Assembly: GCA_049970495.1 (NCBI GenBank)
Contig: JBMFMV010000041.1
Span: 1 to 17,173, forward strand
DNA from: a bacterium
GTDB lineage: Bacteria > DUMJ01
Direction of reading: 5' to 3'
DNA length: 17,173 bases
In this document: positions 8,893 through 15,952 of the stretch, piece after piece
Layout: the number at the start of each line of letters is the position of its first letter
Numbering within the stretch: position 1 is the first letter of the stretch
Program-made: the position numbers and the translations under genes
The notes under the pieces: model-generated
Database searches by the model: none
What the model was told of the DNA's origin: nothing
Seen by the model: only the letters and a program-made list of their open reading frames with translations

Positions 8893-9766
8893 TGAGTATT
8901 ATATTGACCTCTTCCTAAAGTATATGAAATCTGAAAGAGGGGCTACAGTTAACACCTTAAAAGCCTATGAAAAGGACCTAAGACAGTTTCTAAAATTCTT
9001 AAATGATGAGAATTTAGAGATGTACTCCGCCACTAAAGATAATGTAAGAGATTTTATAATGCTCCTTACCGAAAATAGATACAATAAAAATTCAGTTGTA
9101 AGAAAGTTATCTACTCTTAGACGTTTCTATACATTTATGGTAAAGAGGGGATTTATAAGCGAAAATCCCCTAGTGAGTCTATTTTCACCAAAGCAAGAGA
9201 AAGTTTTGCCAAATTTCCTTACCCAGTCAGAAATGGAAAGATTGATAGAGAACATACCTTTAGATGATCCACTAGGAATAAGAGATAGGGCTATAGTGGA
9301 ATTCTTATACTCTACAGGTGTAAGGATTGGAGAGCTAGTAAGACTTGATATCTCTGATATAAAGGATGCCAGGCAGGTAATAATAAAGGGTAAAGGGAAT
9401 AAAGAGCGTATAGTATTCCTTGGGGAATATGCATTAAAGAGTTTGAGGAAGTATCTAGAAGAGGTAAGGCCAAAGCTGATTAGGGATAGTAGAGAAAGGG
9501 CGCTATTTCTGAGCAGATTTGGAACAAGACTTACTTCAAGAAGTATAGAGAGAATGATGGAAAAGTATGGAATACAGATGGGTAAAGATATAAGTCCCCA
9601 CACTATAAGACATTCATTTGCCACACATCTATTGGAAAATGGGGCAGACCTTAGGGCGGTGCAGGAGCTGTTGGGTCATTCTGACCTTTCAACTACTCAG
9701 AAGTATACGCATATAACTTTAGAAAGACTCAAAGAGATATATAAGAAGACACACCCTAGGGCTTAA
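8882..9766 (+). CDS. xerC: Tyrosine recombinase XerC/XerD family (xerC by synteny)
   Basis: Catalytic set intact: LYSTGVRIGEL (R), KGKGNKER (K), PHTIRHSFATHLL (HxxR), LLGH, TTQKY (Y); ends HPRA. Confidence 0.92.
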   Translation: MKSSEYYIDLFLKYMKSERGATVNTLKAYEKDLRQFLKFLNDENLEMYSATKDNVRDFIMLLTENRYNKNSVVRKLSTLRRFYTFMVKRGFISENPLVSLFSPKQEKVLPNFLTQSEMERLIENIPLDDPLGIRDRAIVEFLYSTGVRIGELVRLDISDIKDARQVIIKGKGNKERIVFLGEYALKSLRKYLEEVRPKLIRDSRERALFLSRFGTRLTSRSIERMMEKYGIQMGKDISPHTIRHSFATHLLENGADLRAVQELLGHSDLSTTQKYTHITLERLKEIYKKTHPRA

Positions 9767-9781
9767 GAAAGGAGGACAAAA

Positions 9782-10702
9782 ATGAGGATACTTGTAACAG
9801 GAGGAGCTGGATTTATTGCCTCTCACATAGTAGATGCATTTATATCTGGGGGGCATACAGTTGGGATTATAGACAATCTTTCTAGTGGTAGAAGAGAGAA
9901 TATAAACCCTAAGGCAGAGTTCTTTGAGATAGACATAAGAGATAGAGATAAGTTAGAAGAGATATTTGTGTCATTTAGACCTGAGGTAATTGATCATCAT
10001 GCTGCACAGATAAATGTGCGACGATCTGTAGAAGACCCTGTTTATGATGCAACTGTAAATATAATTGGTTCTCTTAATCTCTTAGAATTATCTAAAGATT
10101 ATGGTGTAAAGAGATTTATCTTTGCATCTACAGGTGGCGCTATCTATGGTGATGTGGGAGGATTAGCTGATGAATCTACCCCTACAGCTCCTATATCACC
10201 TTATGGAGTAAGTAAGAGGTCTGTGGAGATATATCTTGGGTACTACTATTCCGTTTTTGGTTTGGAGTATGTAGCCCTAAGGTACGCTAATGTGTATGGT
10301 CCTAGGCAGGACCCATTCGGAGAGGCTGGAGTAGTGGCAATATTCTCCGAGAGAATACTCTCTAATAAGCCATGCATAGTCTATGGGGATGGGGAACAGA
10401 CTAGAGATTATGTATATGTTATGGATGTAGTAGATGCAAATATAAAAGCCCTATCTGCTCCTATAGGTATATACAATATAGGTACAGGTAAAGAGACAAG
10501 CGTAAACGAGCTTATAGAAATCTTAAAATCTGTCTCTGGGAGGAACTTCTCTGTTCTCTACGATGCGCCTAGACCTGGAGAGGTTAGACGTATAGCCCTT
10601 AACTGTGAAAAGGCTAACAAATTGCTTAATTGGACTCCTAGAACTTCTCTCGTAGATGGGATAAGAGAGACCTTCAATTATTTCGCGCATGTGAAGAACT
10701 AG
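9782..10702 (+). CDS. NAD-dependent nucleotide-sugar epimerase, UDP-glucose 4-epimerase-like extended SDR
   Basis: VTGGAGFIASH, HHAAQINVRRSVEDP, STGGAIYG, YGVSK (YxxxK), LRYANVYGPRQDPFGEAGVV; RBS AAAGGAGG just after the xerC stop. Confidence 0.93.
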   Translation: MRILVTGGAGFIASHIVDAFISGGHTVGIIDNLSSGRRENINPKAEFFEIDIRDRDKLEEIFVSFRPEVIDHHAAQINVRRSVEDPVYDATVNIIGSLNLLELSKDYGVKRFIFASTGGAIYGDVGGLADESTPTAPISPYGVSKRSVEIYLGYYYSVFGLEYVALRYANVYGPRQDPFGEAGVVAIFSERILSNKPCIVYGDGEQTRDYVYVMDVVDANIKALSAPIGIYNIGTGKETSVNELIEILKSVSGRNFSVLYDAPRPGEVRRIALNCEKANKLLNWTPRTSLVDGIRETFNYFAHVKN

Positions 10703-11614
10703 CCCCTTTACTCTGGAAGCCAAGTCAGATAACTGTTCTGCTATAATATCATCATAGCGAGTTTTGAGTGTTTCATCGAGTTCTAATCCCAAATACCAGT
10801 GGAATTCTTCCTGTTTATCTATATCTGATCCGTAGAGCTTTGATTGTATATCCCATAATTCTTCTGCCTTTTTGGAACTCTTTATAGCAGATTCTACAAT
10901 AAAATCCTTCAGGTCTTTTATTTTTCTTGGCTTAGCCGAAGTAATAGCATTTATAAACTTAGGATAACCTGTCCTACAAAGATAAGCTTGGTATCTCTCT
11001 AGAGTAAAGTGATGATTAGTAGCTATGGGTACTATCTTTTTTGGATCAAAATGATTCTGTATAATCACCTTATAAGGTACCGGATAAGCATGCTGCGGCT
11101 GGGTTATATCTTCTATATAGTGTAGGCATCTGGCAAGAAATCTAAACCCCCAGTATGGGTCATTATTCTTAAATGCCAAAATGCTCATGTTATAGAAATA
11201 TACAAATCTATCCGGCGCTCCTCCCAGTTTTATTGGACCCATTACCCAATAGCCATGTCTCCAGCTACTACTATCTAATCCTATATATCCAAGCAATTTA
11301 AATAGAAGAGAATCTATGTCCTTGTCAAGCCCCCAATCTGGCTCTTCAGAGTATATAGTCAAGATATCTAGGGCAGATGTAGTACCTTCTATATCTCCCT
11401 CCTTATAAGGTATTTCATAAGGGACTTTCCTCTTATCAGGGTCTTGATAAGTAAATGGGGTTATCTTGATATTTTCAAAATCCTTTAGCCAATCTATATC
11501 TTTTAGACAGTAATAAGTAACTTCCCTATGTCCACCCCAGGCAAAGGCAGATCTAGGGAGGGTTATAAGTATAGTCAAGAAGACTAGAATAAAAAATATT
11601 ATCTCCCTATACAT
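10523..11614 (-). CDS. Secreted zinc-dependent phospholipase C / P1-nuclease-fold protein
   Basis: Signal peptide ending A-F-A then W-G-G-H (mature N-terminal Trp and His as in PLC/S1-P1 zinc sites); EEPDWGLD, WRH, YWGFRFLARCLHYIEDITQPQH, NHHFTLE; RBS AGGAG at 11620-11624. Confidence 0.78.
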   Translation of the reverse strand: MYREIIFFILVFLTILITLPRSAFAWGGHREVTYYCLKDIDWLKDFENIKITPFTYQDPDKRKVPYEIPYKEGDIEGTTSALDILTIYSEEPDWGLDKDIDSLLFKLLGYIGLDSSSWRHGYWVMGPIKLGGAPDRFVYFYNMSILAFKNNDPYWGFRFLARCLHYIEDITQPQHAYPVPYKVIIQNHFDPKKIVPIATNHHFTLERYQAYLCRTGYPKFINAITSAKPRKIKDLKDFIVESAIKSSKKAEELWDIQSKLYGSDIDKQEEFHWYLGLELDETLKTRYDDIIAEQLSDLASRVKGLVLHMREIIEGLSYPIYERSSRSPIKQFVSLFTVKGYTSNLSRSRRIVENREVPPRDRF

Positions 11615-11648
11615 CTGAACTCCTCTATATTTAAGATTAATTTCCTAT

Positions 11649-11678
11649 AGTTTAAAGGTTAAGTATATCATCTGTCAA
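11649..11678 (-). promoter_or_regulatory. Promoter of the PLC/P1-fold gene
   Basis: Minus strand TTGACA (11678-11673), 18 nt spacer, TAAACT (11654-11649), ending 35 nt upstream of the ATG. Confidence 0.6.
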
Positions 11679-11758
11679 CTAGGCGACATTTTCGGAAAGA
11701 ATAGTCAACTTTAATGCTATAAAGGATAACTACATGGGATAAGATACTACTTTAAAAG

Positions 11759-11767
11759 TGTTATAAT
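11759..11767 (+). promoter_or_regulatory. Extended -10 promoter of the C-N hydrolase gene
   Basis: TGTTATAAT, followed by RBS GGAGGTG at 11789-11795 and ATG at 11800; no clear -35. Confidence 0.55.
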
Positions 11768-11799
11768 TTCTATATTAAACTAGAAGGTGGAGGTGTAAG

Positions 11800-12702
11800 A
11801 TGAAAGTCAAGATTGCTACAGTTTCTTTAGCTCTTGAGTGTAGAAGGGTTGAAAGCATTGAGGATAATTTATCCTTTGTGGAAAATATACTAGAAGATAT
11901 AAGCATTATAGGTCCAGACATTGTGGCATTACCTGAGATCTTTCCATATGCAGGACTTTCGATAAAGGCTAGGGAAGTAAAAGACACCGAGAAGATGAAA
12001 CAATTTATATCTAGTCTTGCTAGAAAGTATAATACATATCTTGCCGGTTCAACATATGATATAAGGGATGGGAAGATATATAACTCATTACTCGTATTTA
12101 ACCGTAAAGGAGAACTCCTTGGAAGGTATGATAAGATACATCCAACTGAGCCTGAGATGGAAGATGGAGTTTCTCCCGGTAGAGTAGATCAGAAACCTAT
12201 AGAGACAGAGTTCGGGAAGATTGGTTGCCAGATATGTTTTGATGCTAATTGGTCTTCATACTGGAGATATCAGGCAGATAACGGGGCTAAATTGGTTATA
12301 TTTTCTTCTGCCTATCCGGGAGGAAGGATGTTAAACTCTATCTCTACCCTCTTTACTCTCTTTATTGTTGCCTCTACATGGCGATTAAAATCTGGGATTA
12401 TAGATAATATTGGTAGGTGGAGGGTAAAGACAGATAGGTTTTTCTATTGGGTATGGGATAAGATAGAGCTAGATACAGGTGTATTTCACTGGGACTTTCA
12501 ACATGATAAGCCTTTAAAGATCTGGAAAAGGTATAGAGATAAAATTAGAATAGAGTCTTTTGAAGATGAAGCCATATTTACAATTGAGCCTCTTACCGAT
12601 GATATAAAATTAGAAGACATAATAAAAGAATTTAACTTGATAACTTACAGAGACTATATAGCTAGAGCAGGAAAAGAACAGGATAAGAAACGAGAAGAGT
12701 AG
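11800..12702 (+). CDS. Carbon-nitrogen hydrolase (nitrilase/amidase superfamily)
   Basis: Glu-Lys-Cys triad contexts VALPEIF, RYDKIHPT, CQICFDANW; IYNSLLVFNRKG. Confidence 0.93.
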   Translation: MKVKIATVSLALECRRVESIEDNLSFVENILEDISIIGPDIVALPEIFPYAGLSIKAREVKDTEKMKQFISSLARKYNTYLAGSTYDIRDGKIYNSLLVFNRKGELLGRYDKIHPTEPEMEDGVSPGRVDQKPIETEFGKIGCQICFDANWSSYWRYQADNGAKLVIFSSAYPGGRMLNSISTLFTLFIVASTWRLKSGIIDNIGRWRVKTDRFFYWVWDKIELDTGVFHWDFQHDKPLKIWKRYRDKIRIESFEDEAIFTIEPLTDDIKLEDIIKEFNLITYRDYIARAGKEQDKKREE

Positions 12703-12727
12703 GGGTCCAAAATTTTGAACCCCTACT
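12698..12727. repeat. 30-bp near-perfect palindrome, GTAG-family REP-like element; possible bidirectional terminator
   Basis: AGTAGGGGTCCAAAATTTTGAACCCCTACT is self-complementary except C12707/A12718, with GTAG at both ends; it fills the whole gap between two convergent genes. Confidence 0.8.
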
Positions 12728-13949
12728 GGTTAGTATATTTAGTTGGGAAATGAGTATATCCTACAAGTGATATTTTTCTACCTGGTTTTGCCCAAGTTAT
12801 GCCGATTTCTGAAGGCAGCGCCTCTTCTCTATAGCAGTATTTAAGCGCCTCTTCAAGCCCTTCTACCCAGATTAATTCCGGTTCTCCCTCTCTTTTTATA
12901 AGTTTTTCTGGGAATTCTGTTATGTCTGGTGTGGACTCCTGAGCTCCATTAATAGTCAGCGTGTGTGCCATTGCAGATTCGATTGGACAGTATATTATAT
13001 CTTCACCTCTAATAGCATCTATGGTCTTCCACAGTTTTCTTATACTCCCATGATTGGGGGAACCGTACTCTTTAATAACGCCATTTTTAAACCTTGCCAC
13101 TAAATTATTGGAGCTTTCTGGGATATTAGGGTCATTATAAACTACTATAGCTGATTCAAATTCGTATGCAAATATCGGTCCAAATAGATTTTTTACAGCA
13201 TGGGTAGCATAGAAAAGTATCTCCACCCCATCTTCTGTCAAGACTCTAATAGTAGATGTATCAAAATTCTCAATTGGATTAGCCCTATAGAGCTCTGCCG
13301 TTACTTCTACTGGCATTGTACTACTCTCCATACTTTTTCCCAAGAGGTGTAGCATATTGTGCAGAAAGTGTGCAGTAGCATTATTAGCCACACTGTCAAG
13401 TATCCAATTCCCCCTCTCATCCCTTTTTCTACCAGCCCAGCTTGAACGTCTATAATAAGCAGTATTTCTGGGCCATAGAACCAGTGTCTTAAGTCTCTTA
13501 GGCCTTCCAAGTAGTCCTTTCATTACATCCTCTTTTAAGGCTATATAAGCAGGGTCATATGCCCACTGGAATCCAATAGCTACCTTGAGTCCCGTCTTAT
13601 TTCTAGTCAGTATCATCTCTCTGATTTCTTGCACAGTGGCTGAGGCTGGTTTCTCACAGAGGACATTGCTCCCATTTTCTAAAGCTACTACTGTCTGTTT
13701 ACAGTGGAAGTGAATCGGCGATGATATAACAGTTAGGTCTGCCCTTTGCATCTTATAAAAATCCTTTAAGTCAGAATATATGGGGACTCCTTTTCCCTTT
13801 AGCTTTTCTAAATACATGCAGGTTTCTGGGTATGGATCTACCGCTCCAACAATTTCTACCCCATAGGCATCCCCTTCTTCTAATATAGCTTTCACATAGT
13901 TATTACCATATCCACCTATCGCTACCAGTACAACAGATATCTTATCCAT
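12723..13949 (-). CDS. Gfo/Idh/MocA family NAD(P)-dependent oxidoreductase
   Basis: N-terminal Rossmann VVLVAIGGYG, ISSPIHFH, NVLCEKP (EKP motif), NATAHFLH. Confidence 0.92.
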   Translation of the reverse strand: MDKISVVLVAIGGYGNNYVKAILEEGDAYGVEIVGAVDPYPETCMYLEKLKGKGVPIYSDLKDFYKMQRADLTVISSPIHFHCKQTVVALENGSNVLCEKPASATVQEIREMILTRNKTGLKVAIGFQWAYDPAYIALKEDVMKGLLGRPKRLKTLVLWPRNTAYYRRSSWAGRKRDERGNWILDSVANNATAHFLHNMLHLLGKSMESSTMPVEVTAELYRANPIENFDTSTIRVLTEDGVEILFYATHAVKNLFGPIFAYEFESAIVVYNDPNIPESSNNLVARFKNGVIKEYGSPNHGSIRKLWKTIDAIRGEDIIYCPIESAMAHTLTINGAQESTPDITEFPEKLIKREGEPELIWVEGLEEALKYCYREEALPSEIGITWAKPGRKISLVGYTHFPTKYTNQ

Positions 13950-13952
13950 ACT

Positions 13953-15938
13953 CTACCCCTTCTTAAATATCGCTCCTTTTCTATAATCATTCCAGACATT
14001 CTCAAACCAATCGTCCCCTTTAGGTATAGGCCTAACAGGGACCCAATCAAAATAGCATTCGCCATCTCTATATGTTACTTCCTGAATTGTCTTTGAGAAT
14101 CTTCCTTCGTCTAGAGAGAATCTAAATACTTCAGGTAACCCTTGTAGTGGCAATTCGCCATTACTATCATACACAAGATAAGACCCTCTGCTTTTTCCTC
14201 CCTTTTCTATATAGTTTGCAATACTAGAGAGGTAAACATACTGGGTTAGGAGTAGGTCATAGTTTTGATAAGCATATGGTAGTTCTTTTATTGAGGATAT
14301 CCTTGTCATCTCTACTATATTTTTTAAGTCATCCTTAGCCTCTTTTGCAAACCTATATGCAGATTCTACTGACCTTATTATTCCTCCACCTCTATCCATC
14401 CTCTCTCCTATCTTCTTTCTTATGTCTAATATATTGCTATTTTCACTTATATTAGATAGGAATCTTCTACCCATCTCTATCTTTATAATTACCTGATCTT
14501 TTACTATATCTAGGAACTCTTCAACTTTCATTGGCTCTTCTCTATAACAGGCAGATATATACTCTGCTGCCCTAGTGCTACCTACCTGTCCAGAATTTAA
14601 GGCACTTCCTCCAGGTCTATAGACCCCATGAGAGCCATTTACCTCCCCAACTGGGAAGAAGTGTCTAATGTTACTCTCCCACCATATATCTCCAACCAAT
14701 CCTCCGTTATTATGCTGATTACATACCGCAATCTCTAGATATTCCTTTGTAAGGTCTATTCCATGGTCTTTGTATAGATCTATTGCTGGGTGATTCATAT
14801 GTGCAAGTCTTTCTATTGGTGTGCCAAAGAGGGCTTTAGATTTAGATAGATATTCATACGCCTCTTTCTCTAAGAGATCAAAGCTGAACTTTTCTCCGAG
14901 GGGATTTTTTGTAAAATCTAAAAATACTCTTCTCCCTTTTATAATCGTTTCATAGTAGACTAGGATATCTATCAGGGAAGACCCATAATTCTTTACCTTT
15001 CTTGGGTCAAATGGCCACTGATAACCCTTTAAGAATATAGCGGTGAGCATCTTTTTAGGGTCTTTAAAATAGTCTAGTAAAAATTCCTTTTCATCATTGC
15101 CATCCCTATCTGTAGATACATATCTAGGTAGTACCTGTTGATACGTCCCGGAGAGATTCCATCTGAACTTTATTGAAGCTATTCCAAACTGGGATTCAGT
15201 TACATTCCTAGCCTTAACTCCTGCTTCTAGAGCAATCCCTGTAGAACCTGTCTGGCTCTCAGGATATACAGATAATTTGTACATTCCTGCAGGTCCACCA
15301 GTTGCATAGATGATATTTGTACAGTTAAAGAGGACATATCTCTTGTCAGGATTCTCTAATTCATTCAAATTCAGAGCTAACAGTCCAATACTTTTAGTCT
15401 TGGCTCTATCTGTAAGAACACCAATTACAAGATATCTATCGAATATCCTTATCCCTTTTTTCTCAACCTCTAGTTGGAGTTTTTCTGTCATATACTTCGA
15501 TGTGAGAGGTCCACTAGATGTAGCCCTCTGTCTTGGATCGTGGTCTGTTTTATAGCCCACATATTCTCCATACGTATTATGAGGAAAAGGAACACCCAAT
15601 TCTACTAACCTGAAAAAGCATCTAGCAGAGAGTGCAGCCTCAACAAGGGCAATATCTCCATGCATACATCCACCTTGGAATAAGGTCTCTGCCATTTCAT
15701 AAATTGAGTCTGGACTCTGACCAGCAACGGTGAGCTTGTAATATGTCTGTTTATCTGAACCTGTATTTCTAGATGCTCCTTTCGTTAGCCCTTCAGTAAC
15801 AATAGCTATATCCTTCTGTCCAAAAGAATAGAGTCTATCTGCAGCATTAAGCCCTGCTGCACCAGACCCAACCACTACAGTATTCAGAGAATACACATCT
15901 AGATTAATCCCATTAATCTGGACCTGAGTATGTTCCAT
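13953..15938 (-). CDS. FAD-binding oxidoreductase of the succinate dehydrogenase/fumarate reductase/L-aspartate oxidase flavoprotein superfamily, atypical (661 aa)
   Basis: VVVGSGAAG, ELGVPF, IIYATGG, QHNNGGL, VGEVNGSHGVYRPGGSAL, KSRG. Start moved from the ORF-track 16070 to ATG 15938 (MEHTQV) because RBS AAGGAGG lies at 15948-15954 and the extra 44 codons overlap the SDR gene. Confidence 0.88.
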   Translation of the reverse strand: MEHTQVQINGINLDVYSLNTVVVGSGAAGLNAADRLYSFGQKDIAIVTEGLTKGASRNTGSDKQTYYKLTVAGQSPDSIYEMAETLFQGGCMHGDIALVEAALSARCFFRLVELGVPFPHNTYGEYVGYKTDHDPRQRATSSGPLTSKYMTEKLQLEVEKKGIRIFDRYLVIGVLTDRAKTKSIGLLALNLNELENPDKRYVLFNCTNIIYATGGPAGMYKLSVYPESQTGSTGIALEAGVKARNVTESQFGIASIKFRWNLSGTYQQVLPRYVSTDRDGNDEKEFLLDYFKDPKKMLTAIFLKGYQWPFDPRKVKNYGSSLIDILVYYETIIKGRRVFLDFTKNPLGEKFSFDLLEKEAYEYLSKSKALFGTPIERLAHMNHPAIDLYKDHGIDLTKEYLEIAVCNQHNNGGLVGDIWWESNIRHFFPVGEVNGSHGVYRPGGSALNSGQVGSTRAAEYISACYREEPMKVEEFLDIVKDQVIIKIEMGRRFLSNISENSNILDIRKKIGERMDRGGGIIRSVESAYRFAKEAKDDLKNIVEMTRISSIKELPYAYQNYDLLLTQYVYLSSIANYIEKGGKSRGSYLVYDSNGELPLQGLPEVFRFSLDEGRFSKTIQEVTYRDGECYFDWVPVRPIPKGDDWFENVWNDYRKGAIFKKG

Positions 15939-15952
15939 AATCAAAACCCTCC

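Noticed and set aside
1525..9624. Minus-strand ORFs at 1525-1779, 1751-1960, 2027-2362, 3085-3435, 4614-4808, 5689-5907, 6035-6232 and 9127-9624
   Set aside because: Antisense shadows of well-supported genes, with no recognisable motifs and Ser/Ile/Leu/Phe-biased composition.
8882..9766. Tyrosine recombinase as a phage or island integrase
   Set aside because: Size, motifs and topA-trmFO context indicate housekeeping Xer; no att site, tRNA or phage genes are nearby.
11640..11669. dif-like sequence ATTTCCTATAG-8 nt-TTAAGTATATC about 1.9 kb from xerC
   Set aside because: The left arm resembles a Firmicute XerC arm, but the spacer is 8 rather than 6 nt, the XerD arm is weak, the region is AT-rich, and it coincides with a promoter.
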